DNA of 32,000 bases from NCBI GenBank assembly GCA_046533775.1, contig JAWDOO010000001.1, forward strand, positions 1 through 32,000, written 5' to 3'. This DNA is from Candidatus Nanopusillus sp. (GTDB taxonomy: Archaea > Nanobdellota > Nanobdellia > Nanobdellales > Nanobdellaceae). The notes below the pieces were generated by a model. That model did not search any database. It was not told where the DNA came from and saw only the letters and a list, made by a program, of their open reading frames with translations. How positions within the stretch are numbered: position 1 is the first letter of the stretch; each line of letters starts with the position of its first letter. Shown here piece after piece: positions 8,870-17,017 of this stretch. A program made the position numbers and the translations under genes.

Positions 8870-9479
8870 TAATTTCGTGACCAGTAGAATATTTTCCAAT
8901 TATTAAATATTCTTTATTAATTTCTATTCCATATCTTAAATATGGACTTCCGAAATTAATTGATCCTATATCTAAACTATAACCTGTAATTTCTTTTACT
9001 TTTTCTATTATTTTATCACTTAATTCCTGACTTATTAACAATTTATTATTATATAATTTTGATATACTTCCAAAAAGATATTTTGTTTTTATCTTATATG
9101 CTGGTAAAGATAGTTTTTCAGATATCTTCTTTACATCACTATCTTTTCCATAAGAATAAATTATTCCATTTTTTCCAATTAAAAATATATTTCCTATTAG
9201 ATTTTCTATAAAATCTATTTCAATTATATCAAAATGATTCTTTAATATATTCTTTAATTCTTCAGGAGCATTAGAACTAATAATTATTCCATTATTATAT
9301 TCTATAAAATATGGAGAAACAATTGGTGATTCTATATAATATTTTTTTATATCAATATTCATCCTTTCAATATTGTTTTTTTCGCTTTTACTTGCTAAAA
9401 GAAAATCTTCAAAGATATGCATTACAATACCTATAGATGGTATACTAATATAATCTGCTTTCTTAACTATCATTATCAA
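8844..9479 (-). CDS. eif6: Translation initiation factor 6 (aIF6)
   Basis: 211 aa with repeated pentein-like units. The C-terminal GSINFGSPYLRYGIEINKEYLIIGKYSTGHEI resembles the eIF6 signature (N.G...G.g..aN..g.lvg..tTg.E). Confidence 0.78.
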   Translation of the reverse strand: MIMIVKKADYISIPSIGIVMHIFEDFLLASKSEKNNIERMNIDIKKYYIESPIVSPYFIEYNNGIIISSNAPEELKNILKNHFDIIEIDFIENLIGNIFLIGKNGIIYSYGKDSDVKKISEKLSLPAYKIKTKYLFGSISKLYNNKLLISQELSDKIIEKVKEITGYSLDIGSINFGSPYLRYGIEINKEYLIIGKYSTGHEIIKVEEFFS

Positions 9480-9494
9480 TATTGATTATCGGGA

Positions 9495-10271
9495 ATGATT
9501 ATAAAACTTATATATTTCGAGATATTTAAAATTTGTATGAATATATTTTCGAACATATTTAGAAAAAAGAATAATGATAAAAATGTCCAAAATATTAATG
9601 TTTTACCACAACAAAATATTGTAAATCAAAATTATATATCGGAAATAAAAAATATTGTTAATTCTATTGAAGGTTTAGCAAAAAGTGTAAGGGAATTAGA
9701 GAATAAAGTATCTGAAATTTCAAGTAATGTTTCAAATATTAGTTCTACAATAGAAAATCATCAAAATGAAATAAATAGTATTAAAAATAGCTTGGAAAAA
9801 GTTTTTTCTATATATGAAATGCTAATAAAAAGTTATAATCCATTTGTAGAAGAAGAAAAAAAAGAAGAATCAAATGTTCAAGTTATAAATGAAAATAAGA
9901 TAGATAATAATGAAAATAATATATTACCTTTAAGTAAACTTGATGACAATCCAACTGTTTCTTCAATTATAATTGGTTGGTTAGCATACTTAGTTAAAAA
10001 ATCAAATATAGATGAAGTAGACGATGCATTGGATTATTATGAATCAATTAATTGGATAACAGAAAAAGTAAAAATAAAATTAAAGGAATATTTAAATGGA
10101 TTAAAAAACGTTGAGGGAGAAAATAAAAAGTTATTACCAACAGATCATATAGTAAGTTTATATATAATATCGAAATTAGCACAGATAAGTAGTTCAGATA
10201 ATATTGAAAGATTAAAAGATCTATATAATGAGCTAATTCAAAAAGGATATATATCACCAATAAAAAGATGA
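9495..10271 (+). CDS. Archaellum accessory protein, ArlD/E (FlaD/E) family
   Basis: N-terminal coiled coil, then the FlaD/E C-terminal domain pattern (LSKLDDNPTVSSIIIGWLAYLVKK...ALDYYESINWITEKVKIKLKEYL). First gene of a translationally coupled arl block. The second Met (MNIFSNIF, about 9537) may be the true start. Confidence 0.65.
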   Translation: MIIKLIYFEIFKICMNIFSNIFRKKNNDKNVQNINVLPQQNIVNQNYISEIKNIVNSIEGLAKSVRELENKVSEISSNVSNISSTIENHQNEINSIKNSLEKVFSIYEMLIKSYNPFVEEEKKEESNVQVINENKIDNNENNILPLSKLDDNPTVSSIIIGWLAYLVKKSNIDEVDDALDYYESINWITEKVKIKLKEYLNGLKNVEGENKKLLPTDHIVSLYIISKLAQISSSDNIERLKDLYNELIQKGYISPIKR

Positions 10272-10654
10272 TAAGGGAACTAATATATTTAATTATTCTA
10301 TTTATAGCTGGATATTTAGTATTAAGTACATTTTTTAACTTTTATTCTTCGGCAGGAAAAATAATTGCAAGTGAAATATCAAATATAACAAGTCCAACAT
10401 ATGAAAGTCAAGTAAATTATATAATAAATTATTATAATTCTGGTAACTATTCAATATTATATTTAGTACAGAATATAAATCCATCTAATTGTATAAATAA
10501 TATAGAGGTAGGAAATACAATGGTTAACTTTACATATAATGTATTAAATCAATATACAATAGAATTGAATATAAGTTATCCAGTAAATGCTGGAGATAAT
10601 TTAACAATAACATTTTGTAACGGCCAATCATCTTTATATTATATTAGCCCATAA
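10268..10654 (+). CDS. Archaellum stator-type protein, ArlF or ArlG (FlaF/FlaG)-like
   Basis: N-terminal TM helix plus a small sequon-rich beta domain. It lies between arlD/E and arlH, with a 4-nt overlap upstream and a TAATG overlap downstream. Confidence 0.5.
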   Translation: MIRELIYLIILFIAGYLVLSTFFNFYSSAGKIIASEISNITSPTYESQVNYIINYYNSGNYSILYLVQNINPSNCINNIEVGNTMVNFTYNVLNQYTIELNISYPVNAGDNLTITFCNGQSSLYYISP

Positions 10655-11358
10655 TGGTAGAATATATTAATGTTTATTTAGATAGGGATGAATTTTCAAA
10701 TAGAATTGGAGGAGGAATTCCAAAAGGTAGTATATTTATAATTGAAGGAGAAAATGGAACTGGAAAGAGTATAGTATGTCAGAGAATATTATACGGAGCT
10801 TTATCAAATAATCATACCGCAACATATATTTCTACAGAATTATCTGTTGTAGATTTTATTAAACAAATGGAATCGTTGGGTTATGATATAAAAGATTATT
10901 TATTAAATCAAAAATTATTATTTATACCAACCCTAAATTTATTTAATAAAATAAAGGAGAGAGAAAATTTAATATTTGAATTAACAAAAGAAAAGTCTAA
11001 AAAATTATTAGAAAATGAGTTAATAATATTGGATTCTTTATCATATCCATTAATAAATGGATTAAATAAAATGGATTCAATAAGATTAATTGAATTTTTA
11101 AGTAAAATAAAAAATCTAGATAAAACAATTATCTTAACATATAATCCTTCAGAAATAAATAGATTTTTTGTAAGAAATATAAGGAGAATTGCAGATATAT
11201 ACTTTAATTTAAGGTTTTCTTCCATTGGAGAATCATCATTATTAAAAATAATAGAAGTAAAGAGATTTAGATATCCAATGGGAATATATAATACATTAAT
11301 ACCATTTAGAGTAGAACCTAATATAGGGCTAATAATTGAGATATCTTCATATATATAA
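10654..11358 (+). CDS. arlH: Archaellum KaiC/RecA-like ATP-binding protein ArlH (FlaH)
   Basis: GGGIPKGSIFIIEGENGTGKS Walker A, then YISTE...FIKQMESLGYDI. Located immediately upstream of arlI. Confidence 0.85.
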   Translation: MVEYINVYLDRDEFSNRIGGGIPKGSIFIIEGENGTGKSIVCQRILYGALSNNHTATYISTELSVVDFIKQMESLGYDIKDYLLNQKLLFIPTLNLFNKIKERENLIFELTKEKSKKLLENELIILDSLSYPLINGLNKMDSIRLIEFLSKIKNLDKTIILTYNPSEINRFFVRNIRRIADIYFNLRFSSIGESSLLKIIEVKRFRYPMGIYNTLIPFRVEPNIGLIIEISSYI

Positions 11359-13031
11359 TGCCTGAACAAATACAAGAAACAAAAGAAGAATATATAATAA
11401 AGAGAGAAAATACAAAAGTAATAACTAATGATATAACTGCATCATTTGATGAGGCATTGAATAAATATGAGCATCTTAGAAATTATATTAATGAAATATC
11501 ATTAAAAATTGGGCCTCCCGAATGGATGACTTCTCTAGATTTTTCTTTAAGATCTAGAACTGAATTTAATATATTATATCCTGTTGGAGATCCAATATTT
11601 ATTCATATATATAAATTACCATCCGGAGAAGCATTATATAATGTAATAGAACCAGAATTAAATGATAATGAAAAGAAAAAATTAGATCAAATACAAACAA
11701 AAATTGTTAAATATGCAATAGAGGATATTAACTTTAATAATATTGAAGAAGTAAGAAGATACATAATTGATTTATTTAATAAGGTTATTGATTTTAAAAG
11801 AAAATTATTTTCTGATAAAGTATATATAAAAAATCAAGAAGAATATGATAAATTATTATATTTCTTAATTAGGGAAAGATTTGGTTATGGTTTTTTAGAA
11901 CCATTTTTAAGAGATCCTTATTTGGAAGATATACATATATTAGGTTTAGGTCCAATCTATGTTGTACATAAAATATTTGGAATGCTTAAAACAAATAGAG
12001 AATTTAAAAATGAAGAAGATTTAAATAAATATATAATTAAATATTCACAACTAGTTGATAGACCGGCATCAGAAACAAGACCAATAGTTGATGCAATATT
12101 ACAAGATGGATCAAGAGTTAACTTTATATATGGTAAAGATATATCTTTACATGGATCTTCATTTACAATAAGAAAATTCACTGCAAAACCATTAAGTATA
12201 ACACAATTAATTTCTTTTGGTACAATTTCTCCAGAAGAAGCTGCTTATTTATGGTTAGCAATTGAAAATGGGATGAATATAATAATATCTGGAGAAACAG
12301 CATCAGGAAAAACTACATTATTAAATGCATTAACTACGTTTATTAAACCTGATGCAAAGGTTTATTCTGTAGAAGATACACCTGAATTAAATATACCACA
12401 TAATATATGGCAAAGATTGGTTACAAGGGAAGTTGGAAAAAGTTCAGATGTATCTATGTATGATCTATTAAGAGCAGCATTAAGATCTAGACCAAATTAT
12501 ATATTAATAGGTGAGATAAGGGGTAAAGAAGGATATGTAGCATTCCAGGCAATGCAAACAGGTCATCCTGTCATGACAACATTCCACTCAGGTAATATAA
12601 CCCAATTAATAGAAAGATTGACTGGAGATCCAATAAATATACCAATTACATTTATAGATAACTTAAATATTGCTGTATTTACAACATCTGTAACAGTAAA
12701 AGGGAGATATGAAAGAAGAGTAACAAATATATATGAAATAGAAAAATATATTGCAGAATTAAAGAAAGTTGCTGTTAGAAATGTATTTACATGGAATTCT
12801 GTACAAGATAAACATATGTTCATTGGAAAATATAATAGTTATATATTAGAAAAGAAAATTGCACCATTAATGAAAATTGATGATAAAAGAAAAATATATC
12901 AAATATTAGATTATAGAGCTAGAATATTAAAAAAGATGGTTGAAAATGAGATATTCGATTTCTTTGAAGTATGGGAAATATTAAAAAATTTCTATATAAA
13001 TGGACCTTCATCATTACCATTTTCAGTATAA
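11358..13031 (+). CDS. arlI: Archaellum assembly/motor ATPase ArlI (FlaI), type II/IV secretion ATPase superfamily
   Basis: Walker A GETASGKTT, aspartate box/Walker B region (YSVEDTPEL, YILIGEIRGKE) and His box (TFHSG). 557 aa. Confidence 0.92.
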   Translation: MPEQIQETKEEYIIKRENTKVITNDITASFDEALNKYEHLRNYINEISLKIGPPEWMTSLDFSLRSRTEFNILYPVGDPIFIHIYKLPSGEALYNVIEPELNDNEKKKLDQIQTKIVKYAIEDINFNNIEEVRRYIIDLFNKVIDFKRKLFSDKVYIKNQEEYDKLLYFLIRERFGYGFLEPFLRDPYLEDIHILGLGPIYVVHKIFGMLKTNREFKNEEDLNKYIIKYSQLVDRPASETRPIVDAILQDGSRVNFIYGKDISLHGSSFTIRKFTAKPLSITQLISFGTISPEEAAYLWLAIENGMNIIISGETASGKTTLLNALTTFIKPDAKVYSVEDTPELNIPHNIWQRLVTREVGKSSDVSMYDLLRAALRSRPNYILIGEIRGKEGYVAFQAMQTGHPVMTTFHSGNITQLIERLTGDPINIPITFIDNLNIAVFTTSVTVKGRYERRVTNIYEIEKYIAELKKVAVRNVFTWNSVQDKHMFIGKYNSYILEKKIAPLMKIDDKRKIYQILDYRARILKKMVENEIFDFFEVWEILKNFYINGPSSLPFSV

Positions 13032-13106
13032 TTAATAAATTTTTCTTGAAATTAATTTAATTATGGATCGGTATTAAAAAGGCAAAAATTTTTGCTATAA
13101 ATAATT

Positions 13107-14381
13107 ATGATGGATAAAAATATTATAAAATTACTTTTATGGAAAAAACCAACAATAGAAGTATTAAATGAAGAAAAAGTAAATAAGATAGATAATTTTA
13201 GACATTATATAGGATATGAAATATCTGGATATGTCCATCTAGGTACTGCAGTTGTATCTGGATATAAATTAATTGATTTTATGAATTTTGCAGAAACAGA
13301 AGTATTTTTAGCAGATTGGCATTCAGTAATAAATAATAAATTAGGTGGAGATCCAGAAGTAATTAAAAGAATTGCAAGAGGATATTTTACCGAAGCAATG
13401 AAACAAACAATAAAATCTTTAGGTGGAGATCCTGATAAAATAAAATTTGTTTTAGCATCAGAAATATATAATAATGATTATTGGGCAGAAGTAATTAAAA
13501 TTGGAAAAAATACTACATTAAATAGATTATTAAGATCTGTTACAATTATGGGAAGAAAATATGAAGAATCAATGCCATCTGCAAATTTAATATATCCATT
13601 AATGCAGGCTGCAGATATAATATTTCAAAAGATAAATATTGCACATGCTGGAATTGATCAAAGAAAAGCACATGTAATTACAATTGAATATGCTGATAAA
13701 ATAAATTATGATTTAATTGCAGTACATCATCAATTAATAACAAATCTACAATTACCATATGAAACATTTCAAAAATTAAAATCTGGAAATATAAAAGAAG
13801 CTAAGGAAGAATTGTCTGAACTAAAAATGTCTAAATCTATACCAGGTTCTGCAATATTTGTTCATGATAGTCCTTCAGAAATTATTGATAAAATAAATAA
13901 AGCATTTTGTCCTCAGAGAGAATTAGAATTCAATCCAATATGGGAAATAGTTGAATATTTAATATTTAGGGATCAGGAAAATTATGGGGTGATAAAATAT
14001 TTATATGAAAATAATTTATATAAAATAGAAAATATTGAAAAAATAAATTATGATATATATGAAGAATTAAAGAATAAAAATAAAATAAATTGGAATGAAA
14101 TATATAAAATAATTGATAAAGAATCTAATGAATTATATAAGTATTCATATAAAGATATTGAGTTTGAGATAATTAATGAAAAAACTGGAGAAAGAAAAAT
14201 ATATAATAATTTATGGGATTTAAGAAAAGATTGGGTTGAAGGAAAAATACATCCAATGGATTTAAAGAAAGCTGTTGGAAAATGGTTAGCAAATAAATTA
14301 GAACCTGTATATAAATATTTTACTGAAGGACCTGGTAAGAAATATAAAGAAGAATTAGATTCTGTTAAGATAACAAGGTAG
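13107..14381 (+). CDS. tyrS: Tyrosyl-tRNA synthetase (archaeal/eukaryal type) with an internal insertion
   Basis: YEISGYVHLGT (HIGH-like), IYPLMQAADI, GIDQRKAHV, KMSKS, VHDSPSEIIDKINKAFCP and HPMDLKKAV all parallel archaeal TyrRS. Confidence 0.85.
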   Translation: MMDKNIIKLLLWKKPTIEVLNEEKVNKIDNFRHYIGYEISGYVHLGTAVVSGYKLIDFMNFAETEVFLADWHSVINNKLGGDPEVIKRIARGYFTEAMKQTIKSLGGDPDKIKFVLASEIYNNDYWAEVIKIGKNTTLNRLLRSVTIMGRKYEESMPSANLIYPLMQAADIIFQKINIAHAGIDQRKAHVITIEYADKINYDLIAVHHQLITNLQLPYETFQKLKSGNIKEAKEELSELKMSKSIPGSAIFVHDSPSEIIDKINKAFCPQRELEFNPIWEIVEYLIFRDQENYGVIKYLYENNLYKIENIEKINYDIYEELKNKNKINWNEIYKIIDKESNELYKYSYKDIEFEIINEKTGERKIYNNLWDLRKDWVEGKIHPMDLKKAVGKWLANKLEPVYKYFTEGPGKKYKEELDSVKITR

Positions 14382-14415
14382 TTTCTTTTATAAATTTTTT
14401 TATCAATGATAATTT

Positions 14416-14751
14416 ATGAAGATTGACAAAATGATTAACAATTTAATCATATTAATTAGTTTGTATAGATTACATGCAAAAAAATTATTTAATAAAATCC
14501 AAGATAATGAGGCAAAAATATTATTATTAATGTCATTTAAAGATAATGATATATTAAATATTTTGGAAGATATTGTTGATAGAAAGAAAATATTTGATGA
14601 ATATATAGGAAATAATCAAATAAAGAAAGCTTACTTAGTATATAAAGATATTGAATATAAATATAAGTTAGCTGAATCTTTATTATATAATAGAATCGAA
14701 GATTTAATTAAAATAAGAGCTTTAGATATTGCAAAATCTAAAAAGAATTAA
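14416..14751 (+). CDS. Hypothetical helical protein
   Basis: 111-aa ORF with ordinary codon usage for this genome. I recognise no motif. Confidence 0.45.
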   Translation: MKIDKMINNLIILISLYRLHAKKLFNKIQDNEAKILLLMSFKDNDILNILEDIVDRKKIFDEYIGNNQIKKAYLVYKDIEYKYKLAESLLYNRIEDLIKIRALDIAKSKKN

Positions 14752-14969
14752 TCTTTTCTCTTTACCTTATATAAAGGTATTTTTCCTTTATATGATAAAT
14801 ATATATAGATATCTATAATAATTAATATTAATATAATTAATATTGACATGTAATATAGATTTCTATACGGTAAATTAATTAATGTATTTGTTATTATTGC
14901 AATAACTATTAATGTAATTATTAAAGAAATATAAAGTTCATATTTTGTTGCGTACAATTCTTCTTCCAT
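14748..14969 (-). CDS. Small membrane protein (two predicted TM helices)
   Basis: 73-aa ORF with two hydrophobic stretches (ISLIITLIVIAIITNTLI; MSILIILILIIIDIYIYL) and a basic C-terminus. Confidence 0.4.
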   Translation of the reverse strand: MEEELYATKYELYISLIITLIVIAIITNTLINLPYRNLYYMSILIILILIIIDIYIYLSYKGKIPLYKVKRKD

Positions 14970-14995
14970 TAATAATTGTTTTATAAAATATTAAA

Positions 14996-15052
14996 AAATC
15001 TGAGCTCAAGACCCTCATCATTTATCAGCCGATGAGTTTTTCTTCATTATAA
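14996..15052 (-). ncRNA. C/D box sRNA (2'-O-methylation guide), variant terminal boxes
   Basis: The reverse strand reads ATGAAGA(C)-AAAACTCATCGG(12)-CTGA(D')-TAA-ATGATGA(C')-GGGTCTTGAGCT(12)-CAGA(D)-TTTTTT. It shares the 15-mer GCTGATAAATGATGA with the 7010..7065 locus. Confidence 0.7.
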
Positions 15053-15210
15053 AGATATTATAAAATTTTATTTTAAAAATGATCATTTATTTTCCAAATC
15101 TATATAATTATATTTAATTTAGATAATATTTTCTTAATTTATTCATAAAAAATAAATATAATAATGTATAAGTAATCCTTTTTATTGTTAAATATTAGAT
15201 AGGTTGATAT

Positions 15211-15292
15211 TTAATTATAAATATTTATAAAAATATTTGTTTGTTACAATTAAATAACTATAGTATAATAAATTTTTCCTATATAGTATAAT
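15211..15292 (+). promoter_or_regulatory. Conserved upstream module, copy 1 (TATA-like element plus TTACAATTAAATAACTATA block)
   Basis: Aligns with 16115..16209 and 16917..17017 on a shared core ATTTGTTTRTTACAATTAAATAACTATA. Relative to copies 2 and 3 it lacks about 8 nt of the TTTATAAA element. Confidence 0.55.
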
Positions 15293-16021
15293 ATGATGAA
15301 TAGTCAACAATCGGATAAAAGTTCTGAAAAAATATCTGATTTAATAAAAGAAGAAAATAATAAAATGCAACTAGAAGATACTACAAAAGAACTAAAGAAA
15401 TTATTAAACGAAATAAAGCTAGAATATTATATAATGGATCTAGAGAACTTATTAAAGGAAGCGGCTAAAAAATTAGAAGAAAGAATTAATCTACCTGAAA
15501 TAAAAGAATCCTCTACAATAAAAAATTTGGAAGAAAGCATTTATACAGAAATAAAGTTATATTGTGATAAACATAATAATGAACCTTTGCAGTGTGGATA
15601 TAATATTAAAATACTCTTTGATAAAGCATACCTTATTAATGAGAATTATATTAAAAAAGAAACAATTGAGTGTCATTCAGACTCACAAAATCCATCTTAT
15701 AAAATTGAATGCACTAAATATAATGATAATTTATCATTTGAGTTATATGATTCCAGTTCTTTCATAGAAGGTATAAAAAAATCATTTCTAAGTATGTATA
15801 AAATATTATATCCAGGAGTACCTATCGATATGAATGAGCAACATACTAATAAAGATACTCATATAGATATGAAAGCAGGTGTTTTTATGGATTTCGACAA
15901 GCCAAGAAAAGAGAATTCTGAAATAAAAATATATAACCTTAGTAGTAAAGAAAAAGAACTTGAATATAACAATGGTAGAGTTAATGTTTGGATGAAAGGA
16001 AGTTCTTTTGACACCTTCTAA
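15293..16021 (+). CDS. Uncharacterised protein, paralog 1 of a three-member tandem family
   Basis: 242 aa with a hydrophilic coiled-coil-like N-terminal half and a Cys-containing C-terminal domain. Shares LYCxKxxNEPxxCGY, IxCxSxS..P..IxCTxY, YPG and EN(S/P)EI with the next two ORFs. Confidence 0.75.
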   Translation: MMNSQQSDKSSEKISDLIKEENNKMQLEDTTKELKKLLNEIKLEYYIMDLENLLKEAAKKLEERINLPEIKESSTIKNLEESIYTEIKLYCDKHNNEPLQCGYNIKILFDKAYLINENYIKKETIECHSDSQNPSYKIECTKYNDNLSFELYDSSSFIEGIKKSFLSMYKILYPGVPIDMNEQHTNKDTHIDMKAGVFMDFDKPRKENSEIKIYNLSSKEKELEYNNGRVNVWMKGSSFDTF

Positions 16022-16037
16022 GTTATAACCATTTTAT

Positions 16038-16064
16038 CTTTTATTAGATTTTTTATTTCAAAAA
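16038..16064 (+). terminator. Conserved downstream module, copy D1 (TTATTAGATTTTTTATTTCAAAAA; oligo-T terminator candidate)
   Basis: A T-run directly after the stop codon. Near-identical copies lie at 15065..15083, 16862..16887 and 17689..17715. Confidence 0.45.
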
Positions 16065-16114
16065 TGATTATATAAGTCAATTGGATTATCAAATAATTAT
16101 TATAGATTGATCTT

Positions 16115-16209
16115 ATGATTATAGATATTTTTTAAAAATATTTATTTATTACAATTACATAATTATTGTATAAGATAAATTTATAAATTTTTCTATATAA
16201 TATAATAGC
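16115..16209 (+). promoter_or_regulatory. Conserved upstream module, copy 2
   Basis: ATTATAGATATTTT...TTATTACAATTACATAA...ATAAATTTATAAATTTTTCTATATAATATAAT. The TTTATAAA TATA-like box ends about 24 nt before the ATG, which suggests a leaderless or short-leader transcript. Confidence 0.55.
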
Positions 16210-16851
16210 ATGGAAAGTCAACAATCATATGAAAGTTCTAAAAAGATATCTGAGTTAATAGAAAACCTTAATAAATGGTTAGGAGAAGAAGATAATAAAA
16301 GATTAGAAGAAGAAATTAATAAAAGATTAGAATATCCTATGAACGAACTAGGAGACTCATTATATAAAATGGCTAAAGATGCACAAAAAAAGGTTAATCT
16401 GTCTGAAATGGAAGGAATTGATGCAGTAATAGATTTATATTGCTATAAAAGTGGTAATGAACCTATGGAGTGCGGATACTATATTAGTGCAGACGTTTAT
16501 AATAGAAATAAAGGAATTAGGTGTCTTTCAAACTCACCATATTTACCTAATAGAGTTAAATGCACTGATTATAGTAAGATAGATTCTGAATTATATGATC
16601 CATCTCAAAGTGCTTCGTTTGTACAAAACATAATAAATTCAATTCTAAATGCATATAATATATATAAGCCAGAAACGTTTATGAATATGGGTAAAAAACA
16701 TATACATTTTAGATCCGTTGCTTCTGTGAATCCAGAAGGGTCAATAAAAGAGAATCCAGAAATAGTTAAAGATGGCAATAAAATTAAATATAACAATGGT
16801 ATATATGTTATTGAGATAACTGCAGAACCTTATAACCCTTTTAAGCCATAA
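16210..16851 (+). CDS. Uncharacterised protein, paralog 2 of the tandem family
   Basis: 213 aa. The first ~18 codons are close to paralog 1 at nucleotide level (M-ESQQSYESSKKISELI vs MMNSQQSDKSSEKISDLI), and the Cys motifs are shared. Confidence 0.75.
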   Translation: MESQQSYESSKKISELIENLNKWLGEEDNKRLEEEINKRLEYPMNELGDSLYKMAKDAQKKVNLSEMEGIDAVIDLYCYKSGNEPMECGYYISADVYNRNKGIRCLSNSPYLPNRVKCTDYSKIDSELYDPSQSASFVQNIINSILNAYNIYKPETFMNMGKKHIHFRSVASVNPEGSIKENPEIVKDGNKIKYNNGIYVIEITAEPYNPFKP

Positions 16852-16861
16852 CTATTTTATC

Positions 16862-16887
16862 ATTTATAGATTTTTTTATTTCAAAAA
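16862..16887 (+). terminator. Conserved downstream module, copy D2
   Basis: ATTTATAGATTTTTTTATTTCAAAAA directly after paralog 2. Confidence 0.45.
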
Positions 16888-16916
16888 TTATTTAGTCGTT
16901 AATTTTTATCTTTAAC

Positions 16917-17017
16917 TTTATAATTATAGATATTTTATTTTAAAAACATTTGTTTATTACAATTAAATAACTATAATATAGAATAAATTTATAAATTTTT
17001 CTTATATAATAAATATT
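16917..17017 (+). promoter_or_regulatory. Conserved upstream module, copy 3
   Basis: TAATTATAGATATTTTATTTTAAAAACATTTGTTTATTACAATTAAATAACTATAATATAGAATAAATTTATAAATTTTTCTTATATAATAAATATT. Very similar to copy 2 by eye. Confidence 0.55.

Noticed and set aside
13082-13095. Perfect 14-nt palindrome GCAAAAATTTTTGC between arlI and tyrS.
   Set aside because: It could be a terminator or operator, but it is a single short element made of A/T runs. It is mentioned under the archaellum finding and not called as a feature.
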